A stretch of 55,899 bases of DNA from Candidatus Saccharimonadota bacterium (GTDB lineage: Bacteria > Patescibacteriota > Saccharimonadia > Saccharimonadales > OFTM59), in the NCBI GenBank assembly GCA_029260855.1, contig JAJDCK010000017.1:1-55899 (forward strand), given 5' to 3'. The notes under the pieces are model-generated. The model saw only the letters and a list, made by a program, of their open reading frames with translations, was not told where the DNA came from and ran no database searches. The stretch's first letter is position 1. Each line of letters begins with the position of its first letter. This document shows positions 33,038 to 42,400 of this stretch, piece by piece. The translations under genes were made by a program, and so were the position numbers.

Positions 33038-33922
33038 CTAAACAGAAGGGCTCTCGCCAGAAAGCTCGACATTCTCCTTTATAGATATATCAATAAGTTC
33101 ACTAATAATAGCTTTTAGGTGAAGTCGCTTTGGGTCGCTGTTGTCGGGTAGCTCTTCCAATAGCCCCATGGATTCTGGGTCGCTATTAGGTTGTACAGAC
33201 GATGCCCGCTTACCAAGCATAGATTTTAAATATCTAAAGGTTAAACTATTAGGGCCGCTGCGAAACAGTAATTGCAGCACCGGCGAATCCCTTAGAACCC
33301 TTGTGTTTGGACCTAGAACTATGCTTCGCTCCTGTAAATGCAAAAAGCTATCGTCTGTCGTACATAAATAGTCACGCGTATATATACTGCTGCTCATCAT
33401 GCTGCCGACGACTTTTTTGACTGCATCACCGACGGCATGCTGCCCCAAACTACTATGGACAGGCAAAACACCTAAATCAACCGGCTCCCTACCCTTACCA
33501 ATTGCCAAAGCTACGCCGTACATATGCGTAAGCAAATCGTGCCTTAAACCATCAAGGTCATCTATGCCCAGCAACTTCTCTGCCGCGGCAGCTGCGTCCA
33601 GCGCCGTTTGGCGGTTTGCATATTGTGGCCACTCCGGTTTATGATTCCTGTCAAAAGTTTGCACAAACACTGAACTAGGCGCCCCCTCCTTCATGACAGT
33701 AATTGCTGTACCGCTATTTTCAGGTGCATCGCTTGGCCAATATTCGCTAAATGCTACCGACGCACCGGTTTGAACGTCAACAAGTGTGCTGTGCCTTACA
33801 AAATCTCCGTCAGTCCGCGCAACCAAACCGGCAATTAAGACATCTGTTACTTCCGTGTCTGCGTGTGAAGCCAGTTGCATGCAGTTCATCATGTGCTGCG
33901 GGACAAACTTTCTACTACTCAT
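33038..33922 (-). CDS. Hypothetical protein (paralog B; start probably MSSRKF)
   Basis: Shares motifs with 32082..32969; the longer ORF start overlaps the upstream gene. Confidence 0.65.
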   Translation of the reverse strand: MSSRKFVPQHMMNCMQLASHADTEVTDVLIAGLVARTDGDFVRHSTLVDVQTGASVAFSEYWPSDAPENSGTAITVMKEGAPSSVFVQTFDRNHKPEWPQYANRQTALDAAAAAEKLLGIDDLDGLRHDLLTHMYGVALAIGKGREPVDLGVLPVHSSLGQHAVGDAVKKVVGSMMSSSIYTRDYLCTTDDSFLHLQERSIVLGPNTRVLRDSPVLQLLFRSGPNSLTFRYLKSMLGKRASSVQPNSDPESMGLLEELPDNSDPKRLHLKAIISELIDISIKENVELSGESPSV

Positions 33923-33936
33923 ATCAATAAGCACCC

Positions 33937-34506
33937 TTACTCGGCTGGTCGCCGCCCGCCAGAGTTTAAGCATTCACCTAAGGTCTTATACGTCTTGTAG
34001 TTTATGATGCGGTGGTATTTTGTGGCCCCAGGAGTATAGCAGATCTTATCGCTTCGGCTTTTCTTAACTACTTCGCGCCTGAAATCTAGGATACCGTGTG
34101 GGTTTGCGCTAAAAGATGGGTTATCTGCCGAGTTCTCGGGATTGGTTTGCGCAACCGGTGGTTGAGGTGCCGGCACCTTATTTCCCGTCTCTACATTTGG
34201 GGTAGGCGCTATTTGGTTATATTCGACAGCCTCTTCTTCTTTTAACTCGTTAGCGGTTTTTTGTTCTTCAGATGTGTCAACCCGATTTTCACGGTCACTG
34301 CGCGCCCGCTTAATGCTAGCTGGCTCAAACGAACTAGAGATAATAGTGGATATCAAAATCAAACCAAGTGAATAGCTAGCTATCCGCCATCGCGTAGCGT
34401 GGCTGCCCAAAAATTTAAAAAGCGAAGGACGAAGCCACCCAAGAACACAAGATAGCAGGGAAACCACGAACATGAACATTGCTAGCGCATACAAGAACCC
34501 ATTCAC
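33937..34506 (-). CDS. Membrane protein with small Cys-containing C-terminal domain
   Basis: 2 TM, low-complexity linker, VKKSRSDKICYTPG...ECLNSGGRRP. Confidence 0.65.
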   Translation of the reverse strand: MNGFLYALAMFMFVVSLLSCVLGWLRPSLFKFLGSHATRWRIASYSLGLILISTIISSSFEPASIKRARSDRENRVDTSEEQKTANELKEEEAVEYNQIAPTPNVETGNKVPAPQPPVAQTNPENSADNPSFSANPHGILDFRREVVKKSRSDKICYTPGATKYHRIINYKTYKTLGECLNSGGRRPAE

Positions 34507-34620
34507 GCACTACACTCTATCATGTTTTTGATATTTGTGAATGGTAGCGAGCAGGATTACCGCCTGAATTAACAATAAATTATCGAGATATATGTTTTCT
34601 ACTAATTTTCTATTATACTA

Positions 34621-35742
34621 ATGTTAATGAGTGGTCATTCAACAAAAATAACCAAACGACAAAAGCAAGTTCTAGACTTTATTAATACATACGAACTAAA
34701 ACATGGGTATTCACCGGCTCTTGCTGAAATCGCCAAAAACCTAGACTTGGCCTCTGTCTCAACGGTGCACTTTCATATAAAGCGGCTTCGCAGCACTGGT
34801 TTATTGCCGAGCACTACAGAAAAGCCGATTGACCCTCCGATTAAAAACTCAGTGACTAAACTAACCCGGCGTCCATATAAAAAACTGCCAGTCAATAAAA
34901 TAATCTTGGGCGATGTTGTTGATGAGCTATCGAAACTTCCGAGTGAAAGTTGCGATATGATAATTATTGACCCACCGTACAACATCGGCAAAAACTTCGG
35001 CAACAACCAGGACAACCGAGAGCTACAAGCCTACGTAACTTGGTCTAAAGAATGGATAGCGGAATGTGTCCGTATTCTTAAGCCGAGCGGCACCATGTTT
35101 ATCTATGGCTTCAGTGAGATATTGGCATATCTTTCAGTGGAGATACCCATAAATAAACGCTGGCTTATATGGCATTATACTAATAAGAACGTGGCTTCGC
35201 TCAACTTTTGGCAGCGCAGCCACGAATCTATAATCTGCGCCTGGAAGGACCGCCCGACGTTTAATCGCGATGCGGTGCGCGAACCTTACACCGAAGGCTT
35301 TTTAAAGGGTGCCGCTGGCAAAAAACGTAAGGGCACGATCGGCCGATTCAGCAAGAACGGGCTTGAAACAATCTATAACGCACACGTAGGCGGCGCCCTG
35401 CCCCGTGACGTCATCAAAGTCCCGGCCCTTGCTGGCGGAGCTGGTATGGTCGAAAGGTGGTTCTTGTGTAAAACATGTCACGATATTTTTGAACCGCTTC
35501 AATTAAAAAATCACCTGGGGCACAGCATAGAAAAACACCCGACCCAAAAACCGCTTGAACTTTCGCGCCGTTTAGTTAAATCCGCCATGCCTAGCGGTCG
35601 CGGAACCGTGCTGGTTCCCTTTTCTGGCACAGGCAGCGAGTGTGTGGCGGCCAAAGAACTGGGTCAAAACTATATCGGCATTGAGCTAAACCCTGACTAT
35701 ATGCGTTTGTCAGAAAAGTTTATCGCCAGTGTTAAGCGCTAA
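34621..35742 (+). CDS. Beta-class N4/N6 DNA methyltransferase with N-terminal LexA-type winged HTH
   Basis: TKRQKQVLDFI...GYSPALAEIA...STVHFHI; DPPY precedes HPTQKP and PFSGTGS. Confidence 0.92.
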   Translation: MLMSGHSTKITKRQKQVLDFINTYELKHGYSPALAEIAKNLDLASVSTVHFHIKRLRSTGLLPSTTEKPIDPPIKNSVTKLTRRPYKKLPVNKIILGDVVDELSKLPSESCDMIIIDPPYNIGKNFGNNQDNRELQAYVTWSKEWIAECVRILKPSGTMFIYGFSEILAYLSVEIPINKRWLIWHYTNKNVASLNFWQRSHESIICAWKDRPTFNRDAVREPYTEGFLKGAAGKKRKGTIGRFSKNGLETIYNAHVGGALPRDVIKVPALAGGAGMVERWFLCKTCHDIFEPLQLKNHLGHSIEKHPTQKPLELSRRLVKSAMPSGRGTVLVPFSGTGSECVAAKELGQNYIGIELNPDYMRLSEKFIASVKR

Positions 35743-36437
35743 ACAATCTTTGCGCCGATATCTAGAGCGTGTTTATCAGCCTCAAAACGGGCGGGAGTAA
35801 ATACTACAAAGCCGTTTGGAAATCTCTTAAGTTCACTATTCTCTATAAACCGTAAATATGGCGCTTTAAACTCGCCGGTTTTCTTGCGTGGATTTACAAA
35901 ATAATCTTCAGAAGGGACGTCATAGGCGATATCTATAAACTGACCGGTAATGGTTTTGTTAGGTTCTTTAGCTTTACGCACTTCACGGCTGAACGATTTT
36001 TTCTTGACCTGATAATTCAGCACAGCATTTTTATAGCTTACCTGAAAGTCCGCGCCTTTATGATCTAGCTCCTCACTCATAGCAACAGTGCCGTCCCCAA
36101 AAACTGATTCAGCCACATAGCCAGCATGGATCTGCGTTACTATACTTGCCCATGTACGATAGATTCGTGCCGGCAATCCACGGTAAAAGCAATCTTCGCA
36201 CATGGTAATTTTCTGGCGAAAAGCCTCTATTGGTGTCTTATGTGTGACAAGATACTCGTTATAAAAATCATCATAGCCAATGAAGCGTTTCTCGTCCCAG
36301 TAAATCTTGTACATAAGCACAATTGCCTGAATGTCTTTGGGCAGGTCCATCTCAACGAGCTTAATTGGCCGGTAAGTATCGCGGTACACCTTAAGATCTA
36401 ACGAGCTCAAAAACTTCTCAAATTCTTGCAGATACAT
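35739..36437 (-). CDS. TaqI-family type II restriction endonuclease
   Basis: FEKFLSSLDL..YR..YRPIK.VE.DLP, GL.ARIYRT..SI.TQ.H, ELD..G.D, QVKK, NGFVVF match R.TaqI as recalled; convergent with the MTase. Confidence 0.82.
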   Translation of the reverse strand: MYLQEFEKFLSSLDLKVYRDTYRPIKLVEMDLPKDIQAIVLMYKIYWDEKRFIGYDDFYNEYLVTHKTPIEAFRQKITMCEDCFYRGLPARIYRTWASIVTQIHAGYVAESVFGDGTVAMSEELDHKGADFQVSYKNAVLNYQVKKKSFSREVRKAKEPNKTITGQFIDIAYDVPSEDYFVNPRKKTGEFKAPYLRFIENSELKRFPNGFVVFTPARFEADKHALDIGAKIV

Positions 36438-36564
36438 TTTACATAACTATACCACACGCTCTACTTCACAAGTTTCAAAGATTAATACTTTTTCGTGCAA
36501 TTGCACGATTCAGTATGTAGGCAGGCACCATGACGAGTTAAGGGATCGGCTGGTTGGGTTGTTG

Positions 36565-38388
36565 CTATTTCTGGCGTTTGCGTTTATTAGGGTCTAGCTC
36601 GCGCTTGCGAATACGCAACGATTTGGGAGTTACTTCTAGCAGCTCGTCCTTTTCTATAAAATCAATGCACTGCTCTAGGCTAAAAATAGTTGGTGGAGTA
36701 AGCTGCACGACCCCGTCTGATGAAGAGCTACGCATGTTTGTCAGGTGTTTGGCCTTACATACGTTTATTTCCATATCGTCTTGGCGGCTATTAAGACCGA
36801 TTATTTGGCCGGCGTAGACATTTTCGGCCGGGCCAACAAAACAAATACCTCGAGCCTCTACGTTTTGGAGAGAATATGGTGTAGTAACACCAGTTTCATA
36901 AGCAATCAAAGTACCGTTTCGTAGTTGTTGTAGTGAAGCGCCGAGAGGCTGGTAGCCAACATTTAGGCTATTCATAATCACAGTACCTTTAGTGTTGGTC
37001 ATTAGAATATTACGTATGCCAAGCATGGCACGCGTCGGTAGCTCATAAACTAGTTTTGTAACACCCTTGGGGCTTGCAAATTGCTCTTTTAAGGTAGCGC
37101 GCCGTGCGCCAAGCTCCATCTGTATGGTGCCGACATGCTCGGCCGGAATCTCAATAATAAGCTCCTCCAACGGCTCTTCTGTAACTCCGTTGTGCTCGCG
37201 AGTAACCACCTGTGGTCGACCAACCTCAAATTCGTAACCCTCACGACGCATAGTTTCTATCAATACGCTGAGATGCAACTCGCCGCGGCCACTAACCACA
37301 AAACCTATGCCATCTTCTTCCACACGTAGACCGACGTTAGTTTCAAGTTCTTTATTAAGCCGCTCACCGATTTGTCGCGATGTAGTAAACTCACCCTCTT
37401 TTCCCTTGAAGGGCGATGTATTTGGCCCCAGGTAAATCTTTAGCGTTGGCGCTTCAATCTCAATAACCGGCAGCGCTTCCGGATTGTCATTATCGGCAAT
37501 GGTTTCGCCAATTTGCGCATCGCTTATTCCTGTTAGCTGTACAATGTCACCCGCTACGCCTTCTGAAACCTCAAACTTACTCACTCCGTGACTCATAAAA
37601 ACCAGCTCGACTTTGCCCTTAATAAATGAACCGTTTTTCTTACAAAGCGTTACTAGGTCGCCCGATTTAACATGGCCGCGCTTAATCCTGCCGATTGCAT
37701 ATTTACCCTTGAATGTATCCCAAGCCAGGGCCGTCACCAGCATTTGGAAGGGCTTATCAAGCTCTACTTTCGGTGAAGGAACGTGGCCGATAATGGCATC
37801 AAATATTACATCTAAGTTTCCGTTTGATTCGCTATTTTCTGGCGGAGTTTCCCATGACTTGCCAGCCCTGCCAACCGCATAATAAATCGGATAATGAAGC
37901 TGGTCCTCGTGAACTGCAAGCTCCAAAAACAGATCTGCTAGCTCATCTTCAACTTCCTGGATGCGCATACCCGGCTTGTCAATTTTGTTAATGACAATAA
38001 TTGGTTTTAGGCCCGCAGCCAAAGCTTTAGTAAGCACAAACTTAGTTTGCGGCATGGGGCCTTCCTGAGCATCAACTATAAGTAAGCAACCATCCGCCAT
38101 GTTAAGCGTACGCTCCACTTCGCCACTAAAATCAGCGTGGCCCGGCGTATCGATTATATTAATACGATAATCACCGTGTTGAACGGCTGTAACCTTAGCT
38201 GTAATAGTAATGCCGCGCTCCCGCTCTTGGTCGCCACTGTCCATGATTAGCTCTTGGCTCATTTCTGCCTGATTATCACGAAAGGTTTGAGATTGCTTTA
38301 ACAGCCCATCAACAAGCGTGGTCTTGCCGTGGTCAACGTGAGCTATGATCGCGATGTTTCTTATCTTTGACGGGTCTTGTTTGGACAT
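36565..38388 (-). CDS. typA: Translational GTPase TypA/BipA
   Basis: IAHVDHGKTT, ERGITI, DTPGHADF, GRGELHL, EVTPKSLRIRK. Confidence 0.97.
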   Translation of the reverse strand: MSKQDPSKIRNIAIIAHVDHGKTTLVDGLLKQSQTFRDNQAEMSQELIMDSGDQERERGITITAKVTAVQHGDYRINIIDTPGHADFSGEVERTLNMADGCLLIVDAQEGPMPQTKFVLTKALAAGLKPIIVINKIDKPGMRIQEVEDELADLFLELAVHEDQLHYPIYYAVGRAGKSWETPPENSESNGNLDVIFDAIIGHVPSPKVELDKPFQMLVTALAWDTFKGKYAIGRIKRGHVKSGDLVTLCKKNGSFIKGKVELVFMSHGVSKFEVSEGVAGDIVQLTGISDAQIGETIADNDNPEALPVIEIEAPTLKIYLGPNTSPFKGKEGEFTTSRQIGERLNKELETNVGLRVEEDGIGFVVSGRGELHLSVLIETMRREGYEFEVGRPQVVTREHNGVTEEPLEELIIEIPAEHVGTIQMELGARRATLKEQFASPKGVTKLVYELPTRAMLGIRNILMTNTKGTVIMNSLNVGYQPLGASLQQLRNGTLIAYETGVTTPYSLQNVEARGICFVGPAENVYAGQIIGLNSRQDDMEINVCKAKHLTNMRSSSSDGVVQLTPPTIFSLEQCIDFIEKDELLEVTPKSLRIRKRELDPNKRKRQK

Positions 38389-38549
38389 TATGTATTACTC
38401 CTTGCATGGATTGGGAAGAGCAGCCCGACAAAATGTATTCCATTTTGACGGCGCGATGAGAAACCCGCTTGCGGGTGTCTCATGTTCTCAACGTGAGCTA
38501 TGATCTCAATATTACGAATCTTGGTAGGGTCTTGAATTGTGCTTGCCAT
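38388..38549 (-). other. 53-codon upstream ORF duplicating the TypA N-terminus
   Basis: MASTIQDPTKIRNIEIIAHVEN...; stop overlaps typA start (TAATG); 18-bp exact direct repeat at 38333-38350 and 38488-38505. Confidence 0.75.
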
Positions 38550-38625
38550 AAAATAAAAGCGCCTTTACTGCGCTTGTCTTAATTTACATTATAACATAAG
38601 CAAAACTTATGTACAAATTATAAAC

Positions 38626-38657
38626 AAAAAACGCGCCGATTACTCAGCGCGTTTTTT
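38626..38657. terminator. Intrinsic terminator after the RRM gene
   Basis: AAAAAACGCGC-cgattactca-GCGCGTTTTTT. Confidence 0.8.
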
Positions 38658-38680
38658 AAGTAGTTACAAACTAAGCCAGT

Positions 38681-38998
38681 TTAGTAACGTCGGTCACGGC
38701 CACCACCGCCACCATTACCACCGCCGTAGCCACCGCCCGCAGGACGGTCAGTCTTTGGCCGAGCTTCGCTAACGATGATGTTGCGCCCGCCAAGGTCAGC
38801 GTTGTTCAGCTCTTTTACAGCCTTTTGCGCTTCTTCCTCGGTTGACATTTCTACGAAACCAAAGCCTCGTGAGCGGTTGGTGTCGCGGTCAACAACGACA
38901 TTAGCCGTTACGACTGTACCCGCTGAGCTGAAAAAATCTTTCAGTTGGTCGTCTGTCACATCCCATGGGAGTGAGCCGATAAATAGTTTAGTTGCCAT
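38681..38998 (-). CDS. RRM RNA-binding protein with Gly-rich tail
   Basis: KLFIGSL (RNP2), RGFGFVEM (RNP1). Confidence 0.95.
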   Translation of the reverse strand: MATKLFIGSLPWDVTDDQLKDFFSSAGTVVTANVVVDRDTNRSRGFGFVEMSTEEEAQKAVKELNNADLGGRNIIVSEARPKTDRPAGGGYGGGNGGGGGRDRRY

Positions 38999-39179
38999 TT
39001 AGAACTCCTTCTTACTGTCCGGAGGTAATCTGGCAACCCAGTTAGCTGCTCCTCGGTGAACACTTTTATTAACTTACCTAGACTCGAAAACGAAACGTTA
39101 CTTACTCAGCAGCTTATCTAGTGCGGACATAATAGCATAATAATTTCCAAATTGAAAGAAAATCGCGTTATTTACGACC

Positions 39180-39425
39180 TCAGGTACGAATCTTTGTCAT
39201 AATCCGAAGATTAGACAGATAATCTTTGGGGTTAACCTTTGGGTGGCCCTTAAGATACGCCATGTGTTTCTCGATAAAAGGCGCCTGATGGTCGGGGTAT
39301 AGTTCTTCGTCTGTGTAGCCCGGTTCAGTCTTAAACGACCGATCAGACAACATATCAGTCAACACATCGCGCACCTCTAACTCAGTCATGAACGCAGCGA
39401 CAGCAGTCTTGCTTTTTGACGACAC
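39180..39425 (-). CDS. Hypothetical protein
   Basis: 81 aa, KHMAYLKGHPKVNPKDYLSNLR. Confidence 0.65.
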   Translation of the reverse strand: MSSKSKTAVAAFMTELEVRDVLTDMLSDRSFKTEPGYTDEELYPDHQAPFIEKHMAYLKGHPKVNPKDYLSNLRIMTKIRT

Positions 39426-39427
39426 TA

Positions 39428-39484
39428 CTATTCCTTGGCCTTTTTGGGCTTTTTGATTTCTTTTCTTCCTCTATCCTTGGACAT
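39428..39484 (-). CDS. 18-aa highly basic peptide MSKDRGRKEIKKPKKAKE
   Basis: GGAGG SD 5 nt before ATG, tandem TAG TAG stop. Confidence 0.6.
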   Translation of the reverse strand: MSKDRGRKEIKKPKKAKE

Positions 39485-39537
39485 GGCATCCTCCTGCATC
39501 TGTAGTATGTACACAATTATACACCTTAAGCCTGCAT

Positions 39538-40761
39538 TTATCTAGGGACGAACGTCAGCGCTTGACCAGCACGACCAGCACGACCAGCACGACCGATACG
39601 GTGCGTGTAGTCCTGATAGGTCTTTGGAATTGAATAGTTGATTACGTGAGTAATATCTATGACGTCAATTCCACGAGCCGCCACATCCGTAGCAACCAAA
39701 ATGTTTATCTGATTCATCTTGAAGCTCTTCAAGGCTCGTTGGCGCTGGCCCTGAGTCTTGCCTCCATGGATCGCATCTGCCGAAAAGCCACGGGCTATCA
39801 GCTCCCTGCTGAGGCGTTCGGCCCCGCGTTGTGTTTCTTCAAACACTATGCTTTTTTGGGCTACATCGCTGATCAGAATGTCGTGAAGCTTATCAATTTT
39901 ATCCGTGGTAGAGGTGTAGTGAACTACATCTTGGTTAACATTCTCGCTCGTATCGCTAGTCTTGGTTGATACCAGCATGGGTTCGTTGGAGAATGTCTCA
40001 ATCAACTGACTAATCTTTGGTTCGAGTGTCGCAGAGAAAAAGAATGACTGTCTAGGTGTAGCCAGCTTGCCCAAGATAATTCGAATGTCGTCAATAAAAC
40101 CCATATCCAACATCCGGTCAACTTCGTCTAGTACAACAGTATCAAATGTATCCAGACGTAGAGTATTGCGCTCCATGTGGTCCTTGATTCGCCCAGGCGT
40201 ACCGATAACTATGTTGGGGTTAGAGCGCAAGTCCCGGAGTTGCGGCCCCATAGATGTGCCACCGATCAGTAAAGTTCCAAATAAGCCGCTTCCCTTACCA
40301 ATTGAACGGCATTCGTCTTCAATCTGCTGAGCAAGTTCACGCGTAGGAGCAACGATCAACGCACGGCTACGCGGGCTGCTCATAAGCTTGTGTAGCACGG
40401 GTATCAAGAAGGCTGCTGTTTTGCCGGTTCCGGTGTTGGCTATACCGATAATGTCCTTGCCGAGCAGGCCGACAGGGATCGTCTGATCTTGGATGGGCGA
40501 CGGCGTGACGTAACCCTTACTTGTCAGGTTGCTTTTAATAACATCGTGGGCTTGAAAGTCACTGAATTTGTGCTGGGCAATATACTCAGGGTTTTCAGTG
40601 GCTGTAGCTTTACGAATAAATTTTTGCGGGTCAATGTATTGACCATGCGCAACACCACCGCCTCGTCTACCGCCAGACCGCTTAGGCCCGAAAGACTGGT
40701 AAGATGCGCGGGCACCACGTTTAGTAAAAGAACGCGTACGCGTATTAGAGTTATAAGACAT
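39538..40761 (-). CDS. DEAD-box RNA helicase
   Basis: TGTGKT, PTRELA, TPGR, DEVD, SAT, ARGID, HRIGRAGR. Confidence 0.96.
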   Translation of the reverse strand: MSYNSNTRTRSFTKRGARASYQSFGPKRSGGRRGGGVAHGQYIDPQKFIRKATATENPEYIAQHKFSDFQAHDVIKSNLTSKGYVTPSPIQDQTIPVGLLGKDIIGIANTGTGKTAAFLIPVLHKLMSSPRSRALIVAPTRELAQQIEDECRSIGKGSGLFGTLLIGGTSMGPQLRDLRSNPNIVIGTPGRIKDHMERNTLRLDTFDTVVLDEVDRMLDMGFIDDIRIILGKLATPRQSFFFSATLEPKISQLIETFSNEPMLVSTKTSDTSENVNQDVVHYTSTTDKIDKLHDILISDVAQKSIVFEETQRGAERLSRELIARGFSADAIHGGKTQGQRQRALKSFKMNQINILVATDVAARGIDVIDITHVINYSIPKTYQDYTHRIGRAGRAGRAGQALTFVPR

Positions 40762-40765
40762 AAAA

Positions 40766-40849
40766 AATGAATCCTTGTTGTTTAGTTAATTACTCTGTTT
40801 GCTGCGAATGAAATCAGAGTAACTTAGACTAACTAAACTCGGATTCATT
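40766..40849 (-). promoter_or_regulatory. Long 5'-UTR hairpin covering the helicase ribosome-binding region
   Basis: Three stems: AATGAATCC/GGATTCATT, GTTTAGTT/AACTAAAC, AGTTACTCTG/CAGAGTAATT. Confidence 0.7.
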
Positions 40850-40884
40850 AATAACAATCTGCTTATACTAACACTAACTGTTTC

Positions 40885-41280
40885 TCAAGTCAAGATGTCC
40901 TGCGACCGTTTATACATTGTCGCTGCGACATTTTGATCAACGCCGTACAGCCCCGCTTTTTCAGCTCTCATAGCTACTAACCCGCCTAATGCCAGCCACG
41001 CAGCTCGTGCATCTTCGCTAGAAAGTTCTAGTGGGGTATCTAAACCTAAACCCTCAATGCGGGTCTGAAATTCACGCACTTGGCTCAGCGCTATGAACGC
41101 TTGCCATATGCGAACAGCCTTATCAGGGACTAGTTGGCGCCAATAAGAGTCTTCTTCGCTAAACTTCGGTACGGGCATCTCTGCTAACAGCGCCCCGGTC
41201 AAGAGCAGTGTTTGCTGAGAGCCAACGCGTAAACAGTGGAGTTCTTTGGCGTTCAGTACGGACAGTGATTCTTCAGGCAT
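40885..41280 (-). CDS. Hypothetical protein
   Basis: 131 aa; TTGACT-17-TACAAT promoter 6 nt before ATG. Confidence 0.6.
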   Translation of the reverse strand: MPEESLSVLNAKELHCLRVGSQQTLLLTGALLAEMPVPKFSEEDSYWRQLVPDKAVRIWQAFIALSQVREFQTRIEGLGLDTPLELSSEDARAAWLALGGLVAMRAEKAGLYGVDQNVAATMYKRSQDILT

Positions 41281-41445
41281 ACTATTATTGTAACATCAAC
41301 TAAATCAATAGTCAAGCCTCACAACGGTTTAGTGCCTCTGTAGCACTTTTGCGCAAGGGCTGGATCATTACGTAGGCGATGGCGGTTTCCTTGTGTCGTT
41401 CAGAGTATTGGTAAATTATCGCTACTAAACATGCTGAGCAAACTC

Positions 41446-42246
41446 CTATAGCTCTGGGAGCGGAATCCTGCCTTGAAGCGGGTGTTTAGGGAAAGGCTCG
41501 GCCGCAAGTACACCACAGAGCTTTAGCACGAGAGAAATTTTAGCTTCTGCTATAGTTGCCGTACCCTCAACAGGAACGCCGAGTACGTCGTCGCAGCGCG
41601 TATTAAAACCTGCCCGGGAACGACCTTGCGTAAAGTTGCTTAGTATTAGCGGTTTAGGTTGTTCTTCATCAACCGCAAACGGCGCTCTAAGCGGCATTAC
41701 GACCATGCCGTTTTTATGCATTTTCATACCATAGAACACATTTACGCCGGGCGGGATAAAAATACTGTCAACCGCTCCTTCGTGCCTAGCAGCATCATCA
41801 CCGAAGTCCGAACCACGTTTTACCTGCACCGCAAAGATTCCTGCACGTAGCGCAGTAGGCATAAAACAATTTTTTCCGTTCCATAGATAAGCTCCGTCTA
41901 CAAGCCTCGCCCACACCTCGTCGCCAACCTCCACGCTATCGCTGACAAAGCCCCGTGTTGAAACCTGATAGGCAGAGTTAAGCGCCGTGCTACCTATATG
42001 TATGGCGGTAGACAGTCGTGCACGTTCGGTATGGTTTTCCATTCCGCGCACCTTGTCAATCAACATTGCTCGTAGGCCGGTTATATAAGCACTAGTCTGA
42101 TCCAATATAGAGTTTGCTTCAGTACAAACTGTACGTAAATCAGGTGGGGCAGGCTCAGGGAGCGATACATTAACAGCTTTCACGAAGCCTGTTGTCAGCG
42201 GTAACGGTGTGTTCGGGCCGCGGAGCTCTCTTAGTTGTATTGCCAT
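41446..42246 (-). CDS. Hypothetical protein
   Basis: 266 aa ORF. Confidence 0.55.
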   Translation of the reverse strand: MAIQLRELRGPNTPLPLTTGFVKAVNVSLPEPAPPDLRTVCTEANSILDQTSAYITGLRAMLIDKVRGMENHTERARLSTAIHIGSTALNSAYQVSTRGFVSDSVEVGDEVWARLVDGAYLWNGKNCFMPTALRAGIFAVQVKRGSDFGDDAARHEGAVDSIFIPPGVNVFYGMKMHKNGMVVMPLRAPFAVDEEQPKPLILSNFTQGRSRAGFNTRCDDVLGVPVEGTATIAEAKISLVLKLCGVLAAEPFPKHPLQGRIPLPEL

Positions 42247-42400
42247 TTTTGTTACCTAAGCCTAGCTATAACTTTTACTTTATGCCGGGGTTGTACTTAT
42301 GTCAATGTGAGAATTCTCACAAGACAACATCAATCCTTAGCCCCTTGTAGTTATCATGGTTTTAAACCCATGCCGGCTTAGGCAAGGGTGTTAACTAATT

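Noticed and set aside
39563-39597. Tandem 9-bp repeat ACGACCAGC
   Set aside because: Encodes GRAGRAGRAG around helicase motif VI; a coding repeat, not CRISPR or a VNTR element.
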